Below are positions 1-9,967 of a stretch of 64,000 nt of DNA, one piece after another (positions within the stretch are counted from its first letter, which is position 1; every line of letters starts with the position of its first letter). The stretch is taken from the IMG/VR virus record IMGVR_UViG_3300031784_000006; one strand, written 5' to 3'. The DNA is from a virus. Lineage: Duplodnaviria; Caudoviricetes. The notes beneath the pieces were generated by a model, which ran no database searches, had not been told where the DNA came from, and saw only the letters and a list, made by a program, of their open reading frames with translations. A program made the translations under genes and the position numbers.

Positions 1-136
1 ACTAACTCTAGATTTAACCGGTACTGCAGCAGCTCTTCCAACAGAAATAATGTTAGCACCAACGCAAACATTTTCAGCAACTGGTATTACTTCGTATAAT
101 ATCGTAGTAATACCAGAACTTGGTTAATTGGGGCAA

Positions 137-3100
137 TCAAATAGGAATACTAAATCCGCGAGTGGTATATGGATATAGTGAGAAACTATTGTCAAAATTG
201 ATTCTATTGTTTGCATCATCATAAGTAACGCTAATTCCTGTCTGAATTCCAGAATTAATTGCGGCACCAATAGCATCCTGAACTCTCTCTTCACTGAAAT
301 AAAGATTTGTTGACCCTTCATTTAAGAAGTCAGTACTTGTCAATACGCCACTAACAACAGAAGAGGCTGAAGACCAAATTAAAGTACCAGAACCATTTGT
401 CGATAAAATACTTCCAGCAGTACCAACTGTAGTTGGAAGGGTCCAAGTGTAGTTAGAATTTAAAGTTGGCGCATTTACTCCAATATAATTACTCCTATCA
501 GATTCATATATTCTAATTTCACCAGCAACAACTAAGTTTCCAGTAACATCTAAAGCTCCCAATGGAGTTGGGGTATTAATTCCAACATTACCATTAAAAT
601 CCACTACAAGAGGAGTTGTTGTATCATCCGGATTTCTGCTGTCAATTCTGACAATATTTCCAGAAGTACTTGTCGATCTAATGCGTACAGAACCACCCGA
701 TGTAGAAACAATATCCAATCTTGTTGAAGGTGATGAAGAATTGATTCCTAGAGCATTTCCTACAAAAAGATTTGTACCATTAAAAGATAATGCGGAAGAA
801 CCTCTAAAGAATCCACCATCATTATATTGAAGAGAATTCAAAGGAAGTCCGGGATATCCAGTTCCGCCACCTGTCGCATCAAATGTAATACTCGCTATTC
901 CAGAATTTTGAACTGCAGATATAGTAACACCATATCCAACAAAGTTAATTTCCGTAGCAACTCCAACAAAAGTTCTGTTGGAACCCAATCCAGTAGAAAC
1001 ACCAACACGAAGAGGATTTGAACTAAATGTTAAAGTTGTAATTCCACTAACAGTGTCATATGATGAAGTTATCGTGGCACCAAGACCCGATCTAAAGTTA
1101 ATTAGGGTGGAAAAACCAACATAAGAACCTGATGAAGATACCCCAACGCCAAAGTTTCCAATATATCCAAAATTTTCCCATCTATTATTCGAGGTGTATA
1201 CCCATCCAATATAATCATTTGTTGCCGGAATTGCATTATATGTAACATCTCCAGGATTTCCGGCAACTGTTGGCGTTGAAATACCTACAGTATACTTTCT
1301 AGATATATTTTGGTCTCCTTTCAATAGTAAAGAATTAGATTCAATACCTTTCTCTGAAGAAGAAACAATTTTGTTATTAAAAATGACAGGACCATCAAAT
1401 TTAGAAATAACTTTATTTTCTGGCCCACCATCGACTCGAATAGAATTCTTAACATTTACATCAATAGGTGATATTACATTAAACCCTACATTTGGACCGG
1501 AGGTAAAATCTTCTCCAACTGTCGTTTGTATTGGGGTTTCAACAAACTCTTCTTGTCCTGTGGTTGCATTTATTTTTTTATTTCCGGTATAGAAACTACC
1601 ATCGGCATTCATTCCGGAGAATACAACCATACCACCATTTTTCTTAACCGATTGTGATAAAACTTCTTCCTGTTCGGTTAAGATTCTTTGCTGCTTATCT
1701 GGCAATGATGTTGAATAATTGCCAGGGCCATATCCAACGTATTCAAAGGTATGTGCAGACGCTCTAATTAAAGAGTTTCTACGGAATTCTATAGGTCTTG
1801 GATTAATTCTTTTTACAACAGCACCATTTACATGTGTTGACTTACTACTTCCAAGTAATCCCCTAAAAACTGAAACAGGATTTCCAGTTACTGTGCTCCT
1901 AATTCTAACAATCTCTTCATCTATTTGAAGATAATCTCCAACATTTAAACTTAGATTAGTGACATTTGAAATACTTATTGTATTAGCATTTAAATCAGTA
2001 ATTGCAGCAGATAGTGTAGTAGTAATACCTGCATATGGAGATACTAGTCTTCCAAAAAGATTTTCATTTGACCTAGTAACATTTCCACCACCAGCAGAAA
2101 AACCGTTTATATAACCAAATATAGTGCCAGATGTTGATGGAGTTGTCGTGCTAATGCCAAAATTAACAATAAACGTAGAAAGACCAACAACATTATTAAC
2201 TACAAAATTTCCATTGTAGAAAGATTGTTGAGCGCCACCAAAAGTAATAGAACTATTTCTAAATAATCCATGAGGTTGTTGTGTAGTAACTGTAGCTAAT
2301 CCAGTAAATCTATTATAAGAAATTGATAATATATTCAAACTTTGTCCGGTTAAAACTAAACCACAACCCAAAGTAATTGTTACTCCAAGACCAGTTACAG
2401 AAGGATTTTGAATAGTTGAAGCAGATGAAACCTGTATTTTTTTATGTTCACCAGTAGATATTCCTACAATTCTGTAAAGATTATTGTATGATTCGTATTC
2501 ATCAACATTAATTCCAACAAAACTTAAAGTATCGCCAATATTAGAATTAATGTTACTCGATACAATTGATGCGGGGACAAAGGAAGTCGTTGTAGCAATG
2601 CCAACAACTGTCATGGTGTTGCCAATTCCATATGCACTACCACCATCCATAATTTTTATATCAAAAATAGTACCCGCAGCACTAACAGCAACTCTAGCAG
2701 TTGCATTTTTCCCAGATGTTGATTCTCCATAACCAACTAATCTGCAGTTATAAAAATACTCAACACTACCACTACCAGTACCATATCCATTTCCACCATT
2801 TACTATGGTTACTCCAGTTAATTGATTAAATCCATGATCTATCTTAGTATAGAAAGTATGAGAAGTTCCCACTGAATTAGAAATCACATCAGTAACTCCA
2901 ACACCAACATGCAAATCTAATAACTTTTTCTCTAAAGTTTCTTTAGTAATACTATTTTGTGGTTCATTAATAACAACTTGTCCTATAGGAGAAGACAGTG
3001 CAAATGATTTTGCTGATTTTGGATCAGATGCTGGATTATCTCTATTTGTTTGTGGATAGAGATTTTTAATTGGTTGTAAGTATTTTTCAGATGTAAAAGG

Positions 3101-5998
3101 AGAAGTTGTTGGGGAATTTGAGGCATTTACTACAGATAAGTAATAAATTCCATCCCTCTCACCTTGAACATATCTTTGAATTTCTTCACTTTGATATACT
3201 AAGTAAGTATTTGAAAATTCTTTTTTCTTAAAGTATGGTGAAGTCGTATCTCTCAGTGAAGTATTATTAGTAAAAGTACCTGGATTATTTTTAACGGGTA
3301 TATAAAATTCTCTTGCACTACTAATACCGGAAACAACAAAAGTGCCATTAAATGAAGTATTTGCAATTCCAGATTCATTATTAGTACTCTTTACATTTAA
3401 TATTTCAACTTTAGAACCTATTTCCAAACCATGAGGTAATTCTGTAACGACTTTAGCTACACCAGATTCCCATGTAGCACCCGCAATGAGTCTTTGATTT
3501 CTTAGTTGTGTAGAATTTGTTAAAGTAGTACCGGAAGGATTAAATTGGTATCCAACTTCCAATGAAGTTGGTTCTATAGAACTATTAGACTCTTGAATTA
3601 CATATCCATTAAGAGGTGGACTTGCTACAAATGGCGAATCTGCAGGAATTACATACCTAACTCTATAAATTGTATCTAATGGATTTCTATTATCAGGAAT
3701 TCTCTTGATGTATGTCTTTGGTGTTGCTTGGCCCAAAGAAGTTGTTCCCAGACCAACAATTCTCGAATACAATGTATTTTCGCTAGAAGCAGATGATACA
3801 TTTACATACCATTGATTATTTGAGGAATCCCATTGTATTGGATGTCCCAAATCTCCACTATTCTTGTCAGATACTCTACTAACAACTTTTAGTATTCCAC
3901 CACGATTGTTAATATCTATTTCATTTAGCCCAATTGCATCATTTAATGATTTAGCTATTTTAATGGTATTGGATGAAATTCCGGTAGTAATAGCATAATA
4001 TATTTGATTATGGTCTACTCCATCGGGAAGATGTCCATCATTCGATACGATTCTTATTGTTTCTCCATTTGCAAAGGTGTGAGGCGCAGTAAAAGTAATT
4101 ATATTTGAAGTTATACTATTAACTCCAACTGAATTCCTTCCAACATAAAAAATCTTTTCCAAAGAAGTAGATGTTGTGAGTGGCATTACCACTTTTGCAG
4201 AATATTCTGTAGAAACTCCACTTCTGGTTAAAGTGAGGTTTAAAGTTTCTCCAGATTTTGCACCTATACGATATCCTTCAATTACACTATCGGGAAGTAG
4301 TGCTTCATTATTTTGATTGTATAAGTATAACCTTCCAGAATTTGAAACACTTAAAGTTTTAGGTACATCAATAGAATAATAATCTACATTTATTTCTGAA
4401 GAATCTATTACTTTTGGTGGAATAATATGAGTTATGTACCCAATATCATCTTTTTTAAACGCATTTGATTTAAATCCAGAAGAAACAAGTCCTCTACTTC
4501 CAAAAGTGCAGTTCGAGTTGTTGACAGATTGATCACCACCACTCTCTGCAACAAATTGCTCACAATAACCAATAGAAAATACAGATACTAATTGGAGATA
4601 TGCATCATTTTTACACTTTACATGGTAGTTTGAATATTCTGGTTTATATCTTGCTAAAATATCTGATGTAATATTTTCATTACCAGATGCTGTGCTATCT
4701 TGATATAATCCCAATGTAGGATTGTATTTCACAAAAGCATTTCGATCTTTTTGCAGTCCAACAGCAGTAAATTGGGCTACAACCATACTCTTAAATCCAT
4801 CTGCTTTACTTCCATCAGCAAGCAGTCCACACATTCCATATACAGAACGCAATGAACAGTTAAAGATATATGGAGAAGCAGAAGTGACAGTATCTACAAC
4901 AATACTAAGGTTTGCAGAACCACTGCCGGGAAGGGGAACTGTTGGTGCATTCTGAACTCTATATTCTACTTGTGTAGAACTATTAACTTTACTTACTACA
5001 TATTGTCCATTAAATCCTAAAGCATCTACTCCAGAAATCTTAATTGGAGTATCAACCTCCAGACCACTAACTGGTTGCTGAAGATCGACAGTAATTGTTG
5101 TGCTAGTTACTGAGCCATTTCCAGAACGAATACTAGAAATACCAACTTCAACTCCACGAGAACCAACAATTCTATATTCATCTACTTTTGGTTGAATATC
5201 AAGAGATGTTGATGGGTAATCAGGTTGAATTTCTCTCCCAGATGATTGTCCATAAGCAAGACCAATCTTTTCATAATACATCTTAAGATCAGTTCTACCA
5301 GAATAATAAGTGGCAAAACTATCATCAATAACTACAGGATTTACACCATCAGCATACTCAAATGCAGTAAGTTTATGATGAGAGAAATTGGGAACAAAAG
5401 TACTTGATGAATAATCGGAATATGCAAAAGAATTTGGGTCAGAATCTAGAAACGTAAACTGCCAAAAATAACAAGAACCAGTTACTCTAAAAATTGCAGA
5501 AGATTCTACGTTTGGATTTTCTGGATTAGGTACATATAATGGTCGAATTTTTGTCTTTCTTAAATCAAGTCCAACGATTGAAGTTCCTCTAGGAACTATA
5601 ACACCACCATAAACAGAATTAAATTTGTAGAGTTGGTTTTCTGAAGAAGATAAGTCAAAATTTGAATTTAAGTCTAAGGGAGGAAAATCTGAAGAGGTTG
5701 TTCCATTTCTAAGAAGATATGTATTATTTCCGTATGGTATCCATCCAGGTCTGTTATCTACTAAATGGTCTCCTGGATACAAAACAATTGTAGTTTTTCC
5801 AAATCTATCATTATCAATTCCTGCTTGATAAGAAAATCTAGAAGCTTCTATTAATGCTCTCTGAATAGTTTTAAATGGTCTAGTTAAACTATTACCCTGA
5901 TTTTCAATGCTATCTGTAGAGTCAATACTATTTGGATCAACATATAAAATCGTTCCGCGTACTGATTTCAGAAAATTATCGAGACGTGAAAGACCCAT
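137..5998 (-). CDS. Large virion structural / tail-fibre-like protein (1953 aa)
   Basis: Gly/Ser/Thr-rich ORF with repeated beta modules (PHGL..GS.V.I....FNG.FVV) and a fibre-like C-terminus; late promoter upstream. Confidence 0.75.
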   Translation of the reverse strand: MGLSRLDNFLKSVRGTILYVDPNSIDSTDSIENQGNSLTRPFKTIQRALIEASRFSYQAGIDNDRFGKTTIVLYPGDHLVDNRPGWIPYGNNTYLLRNGTTSSDFPPLDLNSNFDLSSSENQLYKFNSVYGGVIVPRGTSIVGLDLRKTKIRPLYVPNPENPNVESSAIFRVTGSCYFWQFTFLDSDPNSFAYSDYSSSTFVPNFSHHKLTAFEYADGVNPVVIDDSFATYYSGRTDLKMYYEKIGLAYGQSSGREIQPDYPSTSLDIQPKVDEYRIVGSRGVEVGISSIRSGNGSVTSTTITVDLQQPVSGLEVDTPIKISGVDALGFNGQYVVSKVNSSTQVEYRVQNAPTVPLPGSGSANLSIVVDTVTSASPYIFNCSLRSVYGMCGLLADGSKADGFKSMVVAQFTAVGLQKDRNAFVKYNPTLGLYQDSTASGNENITSDILARYKPEYSNYHVKCKNDAYLQLVSVFSIGYCEQFVAESGGDQSVNNSNCTFGSRGLVSSGFKSNAFKKDDIGYITHIIPPKVIDSSEINVDYYSIDVPKTLSVSNSGRLYLYNQNNEALLPDSVIEGYRIGAKSGETLNLTLTRSGVSTEYSAKVVMPLTTSTSLEKIFYVGRNSVGVNSITSNIITFTAPHTFANGETIRIVSNDGHLPDGVDHNQIYYAITTGISSNTIKIAKSLNDAIGLNEIDINNRGGILKVVSRVSDKNSGDLGHPIQWDSSNNQWYVNVSSASSENTLYSRIVGLGTTSLGQATPKTYIKRIPDNRNPLDTIYRVRYVIPADSPFVASPPLNGYVIQESNSSIEPTSLEVGYQFNPSGTTLTNSTQLRNQRLIAGATWESGVAKVVTELPHGLEIGSKVEILNVKSTNNESGIANTSFNGTFVVSGISSAREFYIPVKNNPGTFTNNTSLRDTTSPYFKKKEFSNTYLVYQSEEIQRYVQGERDGIYYLSVVNASNSPTTSPFTSEKYLQPIKNLYPQTNRDNPASDPKSAKSFALSSPIGQVVINEPQNSITKETLEKKLLDLHVGVGVTDVISNSVGTSHTFYTKIDHGFNQLTGVTIVNGGNGYGTGSGSVEYFYNCRLVGYGESTSGKNATARVAVSAAGTIFDIKIMDGGSAYGIGNTMTVVGIATTTSFVPASIVSSNINSNIGDTLSFVGINVDEYESYNNLYRIVGISTGEHKKIQVSSASTIQNPSVTGLGVTITLGCGLVLTGQSLNILSISYNRFTGLATVTTQQPHGLFRNSSITFGGAQQSFYNGNFVVNNVVGLSTFIVNFGISTTTPSTSGTIFGYINGFSAGGGNVTRSNENLFGRLVSPYAGITTTLSAAITDLNANTISISNVTNLSLNVGDYLQIDEEIVRIRSTVTGNPVSVFRGLLGSSKSTHVNGAVVKRINPRPIEFRRNSLIRASAHTFEYVGYGPGNYSTSLPDKQQRILTEQEEVLSQSVKKNGGMVVFSGMNADGSFYTGNKKINATTGQEEFVETPIQTTVGEDFTSGPNVGFNVISPIDVNVKNSIRVDGGPENKVISKFDGPVIFNNKIVSSSEKGIESNSLLLKGDQNISRKYTVGISTPTVAGNPGDVTYNAIPATNDYIGWVYTSNNRWENFGYIGNFGVGVSSSGSYVGFSTLINFRSGLGATITSSYDTVSGITTLTFSSNPLRVGVSTGLGSNRTFVGVATEINFVGYGVTISAVQNSGIASITFDATGGGTGYPGLPLNSLQYNDGGFFRGSSALSFNGTNLFVGNALGINSSSPSTRLDIVSTSGGSVRIRSTSTSGNIVRIDSRNPDDTTTPLVVDFNGNVGINTPTPLGALDVTGNLVVAGEIRIYESDRSNYIGVNAPTLNSNYTWTLPTTVGTAGSILSTNGSGTLIWSSASSVVSGVLTSTDFLNEGSTNLYFSEERVQDAIGAAINSGIQTGISVTYDDANNRINFDNSFSLYPYTTRGFSIPI

Positions 5999-6028
5999 CT
6001 TATTAATACTTATAGTTCCGTTATGGAT

Positions 6029-6036
6029 TATTTATC
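6029..6036 (-). promoter_or_regulatory. T4-type late promoter (GATAAATA)
   Basis: ATAAATA core about 30 nt upstream of the structural gene start. Confidence 0.6.
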
Positions 6037-6043
6037 ATACAAC

Positions 6044-6066
6044 AAAACCTCCACAAGGGAGGTTTT
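6044..6066. terminator. Intrinsic terminator hairpin
   Basis: AAAACCTCC-loop-GGAGGTTTT inverted repeat after the Mom-like gene. Confidence 0.7.
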
Positions 6067-6084
6067 GAAGTCACACTTTTCGGG

Positions 6085-6726
6085 TCACTGTAACGATTCA
6101 GTATCGTCTTGATTATTATACCACGACTCTTCTTTCCACGTCAACTTTTCTTTGAGTTTCTTGTCAAAAACCATAAGATACCGATGTTTACGACTCCTAC
6201 TACGCCACTCACCATCAGCACCCTTGACGCTACCCCTAGAATGTTTTGTTCCATCAGTATAGTAAAAATCTTTTTTGGGTTCTGTTAGACCGTAGTATTG
6301 AAAATTACAAGCTCTGTATATAGTTCCAGCGTGGTGATTAGAGTCAGCATAACTAAGAATTGCAGAAACGCGGGCATCTTTCCTAAACCTCTTGATACAA
6401 CGACTTACAAACCAGGATGTGATATTATACTCTTCTTTTTGAACTTCTGGATGAATACAAAGTCTTGAGAGTTCAAATATTCCTTGTTGTTCATTACGAC
6501 TTAATCCAAATGCTCCTACGGCAATTTCTGGAACTGGGAGACCAGTAAAAATACAAACACCAACAGACCCGCCAATATTAAGGACATCTGTGAATGATTT
6601 GCGGTAAAGAGAGTAATTATATCCACTTTTGAAATCTTTTGATTCGTCTTTTAGATAATGATAGGTATAAAGAAGTTCTTTTATTTCTTCTTTGCCTACC
6701 CTATCTATATAAAAGTCAGATTTCAT
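6085..6726 (-). CDS. Mom-like GNAT-fold DNA (adenine) modification protein
   Basis: HYL near the N-terminus, ELSRL, and SYAD....GTIYRACNF.Y.G motifs typical of the Mu Mom family. Confidence 0.7.
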   Translation of the reverse strand: MKSDFYIDRVGKEEIKELLYTYHYLKDESKDFKSGYNYSLYRKSFTDVLNIGGSVGVCIFTGLPVPEIAVGAFGLSRNEQQGIFELSRLCIHPEVQKEEYNITSWFVSRCIKRFRKDARVSAILSYADSNHHAGTIYRACNFQYYGLTEPKKDFYYTDGTKHSRGSVKGADGEWRSRSRKHRYLMVFDKKLKEKLTWKEESWYNNQDDTESLQ

Positions 6727-6736
6727 TTAGGTATTT

Positions 6737-6910
6737 TTACTCACTTTGTTTGCATTCTAACATATATTCAACAGTGTTTGCAACATCATTCATTGCATCA
6801 CGCAGATGAGGTTGCTGGCCAGATTCTTGCTTAAGAATAGGTCGTGAATCATCAGTCAGCGTCCAACGCCACTGTTTCATTTCATTACAATACCAAAGAT
6901 TAACTTTCAT
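6737..6910 (-). CDS. Small hypothetical protein (MKVNLWYCNEMKQWRWTL...)
   Basis: Internal ATG of the listed ORF; its start overlaps the end of the upstream small gene. Confidence 0.6.
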   Translation of the reverse strand: MKVNLWYCNEMKQWRWTLTDDSRPILKQESGQQPHLRDAMNDVANTVEYMLECKQSE

Positions 6911-7058
6911 GTTTGAAGTGCTCCAGTTGGACCCAGTTAAGGAGTGTTTGGAATGCACTGATAGAGGCAGGAGTGCAGTTATCTTCCTTAAGTTTCTGAA
7001 CATAATATTCAAGTGCTTCAATGACCATCTCGCGGTCAGTTTGTGAAATAAGTGACAT
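6900..7058 (-). CDS. Small hypothetical protein, 52 aa (MSLISQTDREMVIEALEYY...)
   Basis: Translated by hand; GGAG RBS upstream; fills the gap after tRNA-Thr. Confidence 0.65.
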   Translation of the reverse strand: MSLISQTDREMVIEALEYYVQKLKEDNCTPASISAFQTLLNWVQLEHFKHES

Positions 7059-7079
7059 TTTTGGAGTTTTATGAACTCA

Positions 7080-7151
7080 AGCCCCCGACCGGATTTGAAC
7101 CAGCGACCAACGGTTTACAAAACCGTTGCTCTACCACTGAGCTACAAGGGC
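7080..7151 (-). tRNA. tRNA-Thr(UGU)
   Basis: Cloverleaf; anticodon arm ACGGT-TTTGTAA-ACCGT; T loop TTCAAAT. Confidence 0.95.
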
Positions 7152-7152
7152 A

Positions 7153-7422
7153 TTAATCAACAGGCAACATTTCTGGATTTTCCAGTTCCAACTCATATAA
7201 GAGAGGATGACATTCTTCAAGCATTAAGTAGTATGATGCCTGATAAAGGTCTTCTGGTTCAAATCTTCTTTCGTTATCTGCTAATTCGATTAATTCCAAA
7301 TCGAATATTGATTCGTCTGGCAAATCGTCAAAAGTAAAGGGAATTTGATTTATGAAATACAGCAGAACAATTTGTGTTCCGCGATTATACCAAACGTATC
7401 TGGCATCTATTCTGTATTTCAT
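7153..7422 (-). CDS. Hypothetical protein (89 aa, acidic)
   Basis: ORF between two tRNAs, co-oriented. Confidence 0.65.
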   Translation of the reverse strand: MKYRIDARYVWYNRGTQIVLLYFINQIPFTFDDLPDESIFDLELIELADNERRFEPEDLYQASYYLMLEECHPLLYELELENPEMLPVD

Positions 7423-7463
7423 AGAATAGTCCTTTCTTTTGTTTATTTAGAGGAAGAACCTCA

Positions 7464-7536
7464 TAGGCGTGGTCGGATTCGAACCGACCCTGGAGGCGTT
7501 TTAAGCGCCCTGTCTCTGCCGCTGGACTACACGCCC
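7464..7536 (-). tRNA. tRNA-Leu(UAA) with a short variable loop
   Basis: GGGCGTG/CACGCCT acceptor, A73, anticodon loop CTTAAAA, 5-nt variable region. Confidence 0.85.
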
Positions 7537-7545
7537 ATAAAAAAC

Positions 7546-7758
7546 TTACGCCTCGTAAGTAATAGGATTATACTTGATATACTCCCAGAATGTCAACTTC
7601 ATTTCTTTTTGTGACATTCCGCAGTGCTTTGCTGCTTTAGGGAGATTCCACTTTGCTGCAAAGAGTGCCTCATTTGCCTCTTTCACGTTTTCTGGAGTTG
7701 TCTTAACTGGTTCCTCTTTGAGGTCTTTGTATGAAATTTTATAAACCATACTTTTCAA
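7546..7758 (-). CDS. Hypothetical protein, possible HTH (70 aa)
   Basis: ORF; LPKAAKHCGMS resembles a helix-turn-helix. Confidence 0.6.
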   Translation of the reverse strand: MKSMVYKISYKDLKEEPVKTTPENVKEANEALFAAKWNLPKAAKHCGMSQKEMKLTFWEYIKYNPITYEA

Positions 7759-7812
7759 AAAAGTAATAAGGGCAATTTTTACCGGGAGATTTTTTTCGAC
7801 CTTTTTTGAAAC

Positions 7813-7995
7813 TTAAAGTGGATTTGCGTATGAGAGAGTCTCTTCATCCACTGTAGCACGAACGAAGTCTAGTACATTCATAAATTCTTCTACCGTATCA
7901 CAGGTCACTTGCTTTTCATCTCCTTCATTGGAGTAAAGGTACACGGTTCGTTTGATGGGGTCCACAACGCAGCGTGAGAGGTACTCGTCTTGCAT
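7813..7995 (-). CDS. Hypothetical protein (60 aa)
   Basis: Co-oriented ORF with protein-like composition. Confidence 0.6.
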   Translation of the reverse strand: MQDEYLSRCVVDPIKRTVYLYSNEGDEKQVTCDTVEEFMNVLDFVRATVDEETLSYANPL

Positions 7996-8010
7996 TCGTT
8001 CGTCCGTTGA

Positions 8011-8577
8011 TTACCCATGTATCATAGCACGGTCAGGGGTCCGTGTCAACCCACTGTACCAGAGGGAGAGGACAAATCTTTCACTGTCCTCAACTTTTGT
8101 AACGTGATGAAGATATTGTGAGTTGGAAAATATAACCAATTTTCCTAATTGTGGTTTCACTTGAAATTCCTCAAAGCAAGTATATCCACCTTTATAAGAG
8201 TCGTTTAGGTATACTAATACAGCAAAAACATCAGGATTATCTTGATAGGAATTGTCATAATGAGGTTTCATAAAAGTTCCTTCAGGCCATCTCACAATCG
8301 TTGCATAGTCTAATTTAATATTTTCATCAAAAGACTTACAAATTTTTGTAATTGAAGAAATTATTGGACTTTTTATACTTTCCAAGTTAGTACAATCTGG
8401 TATTCCCCCCTGATACAGATTGCCACCGTAATCCAAATTAGTAATAAAAGTATCTCCACCCCTACTTTCGCTACCATACGGAACTTCTTTATCTTTATTT
8501 TCGATAGCAAAATCCACAAAAGACTTACACTCTATTGAATCTAAAAAATTTTCTTCAATATAAATTAATTTTTTCAC
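8011..8577 (-). CDS. 2OG-Fe(II) oxygenase (prolyl-4-hydroxylase-like)
   Basis: HYD ... YLND...GG ... H.V...... R..L motifs. Confidence 0.85.
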   Translation of the reverse strand: MKKLIYIEENFLDSIECKSFVDFAIENKDKEVPYGSESRGGDTFITNLDYGGNLYQGGIPDCTNLESIKSPIISSITKICKSFDENIKLDYATIVRWPEGTFMKPHYDNSYQDNPDVFAVLVYLNDSYKGGYTCFEEFQVKPQLGKLVIFSNSQYLHHVTKVEDSERFVLSLWYSGLTRTPDRAMIHG

Positions 8578-9386
8578 AGAGTCTTTGTATTTACCTTATT
8601 TGCATATTGGGGATCATTATAATCTTTATCAGGATAATCACTCCACTCATTACCATCATATTCAACAACCAATGCATTGACATCCTTTCTCTCTGCATAA
8701 ACATGATAGAAAGAATCAATTGGTATTGCACTCTTTGATTGCAGATATATTTTTTCCGAATCCCATCTTTTCACAATAATATCTTGATGAGAACCTATTG
8801 GTTGAAGTTGAACAGATATGCTATTAACATGAACCAAGTCTTTCCAATACCAAGGAAGTTCAATTTCAGTTTGATTTGTTATTCTACCCCTAAAATATAC
8901 TCCAACTTCTGGACCCTCAATACATGCATATCTAAGACGATGACCATTTCCCAATGATGGATGAATCATATCAAATGGTTTTGGTCTAGCATCTGCTTGC
9001 GAAAATCTAGCTGCGAGTCTTCCTTTATTATCACAATCTACTTTTCCACTCACATATAAGTCACCATCAATATAGACCACATCAGTAGTAGTGCCAGTGA
9101 CGTAAAGGGCATTACTAGTTTGCCCATCACCTTCAATCTTAACATCACCTTTTACATGCACAGATCTTTTTGCATTTGATGGTGTATCTGGATTAGTTTC
9201 TCTACCAATCATTAAAGATGCTTCAACACTTCCAAAATCACTATCTTTTCCGATATGAACTGGCGCTTGAAAATATGCAGAACCATGAATGCTTTTTGGA
9301 CCTCTTCCTAAAGCTTCTGGTTTTGATTCTTCATTTGTCACATGGAGTTGTCCATGAATTAATTCAAAATCACTTGAACTTGACAT
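8574..9386 (-). CDS. Baseplate/spike-associated structural protein
   Basis: Beta-rich N-half; C-terminal KPFDMIHP...LRYACIEGPE..VY.RG chaperone-like module; in the gp5 cluster. Confidence 0.55.
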   Translation of the reverse strand: MSSSSDFELIHGQLHVTNEESKPEALGRGPKSIHGSAYFQAPVHIGKDSDFGSVEASLMIGRETNPDTPSNAKRSVHVKGDVKIEGDGQTSNALYVTGTTTDVVYIDGDLYVSGKVDCDNKGRLAARFSQADARPKPFDMIHPSLGNGHRLRYACIEGPEVGVYFRGRITNQTEIELPWYWKDLVHVNSISVQLQPIGSHQDIIVKRWDSEKIYLQSKSAIPIDSFYHVYAERKDVNALVVEYDGNEWSDYPDKDYNDPQYANKVNTKTL

Positions 9387-9388
9387 AG

Positions 9389-9964
9389 TTATGCTTGCGG
9401 TTTAGTTAATTGTACTATTTTATCTAATATTGGCAATGATGGTGTTTTCTCTGCACTCATAGAAGTTATTCTTTGAATGCTACCACCATAAATTCGCATA
9501 ATATTTATTGCGGTTTGTTGCATCTGACCATCAGTAAAAATACTGATGGATTCATTTGCGTTAGCAGTAAATTTTTTAGTTTCAATATTAACGCTTTCGT
9601 TTGAAATAATATTGACTATACCCTTTGTAGGGTCCGGACCTCTGGCAATTATATCAATATTTTCAGCTTCAAGTCTTAGTCTACCTTTTGTTTGGATTAA
9701 GATATCACTTCTATCGGCATTAAACCACATTCCAATTTCATCTTTTGGAATATCATCTCCACATTTAACTTGATATCTTCCCCTGCATCTAGAAGTAATC
9801 CACCTTTTTCTTGGGGCGGTTTGGTCTATCGTAATATATTCAAGAGACTCTTGACCTTGAAGCATGACAGAAGATTTCACTTGGTCAGGATGAATATTGC
9901 CAAAAGTTATCTGACCATCTTTTGTTCCCGTTGTTTTTGTTTCGTAATTTTTAGATTTTGCCAT
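9389..9964 (-). CDS. gp5 C-terminal spike-like protein
   Basis: Short beta-strand periodicity; downstream of the gp5 N-terminal ORFs. Confidence 0.5.
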   Translation of the reverse strand: MAKSKNYETKTTGTKDGQITFGNIHPDQVKSSVMLQGQESLEYITIDQTAPRKRWITSRCRGRYQVKCGDDIPKDEIGMWFNADRSDILIQTKGRLRLEAENIDIIARGPDPTKGIVNIISNESVNIETKKFTANANESISIFTDGQMQQTAINIMRIYGGSIQRITSMSAEKTPSLPILDKIVQLTKPQA

Positions 9965-9967
9965 GTT

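Noticed and set aside
124-321. 65-aa ORF overlapping the end of the giant gene
   Set aside because: Alternative frame inside a real gene, with no supporting features.
7770-7812. Phased A/T tracts in an intergenic spacer as a possible origin or bent DNA
   Set aside because: Too short and low-complexity to support a call.
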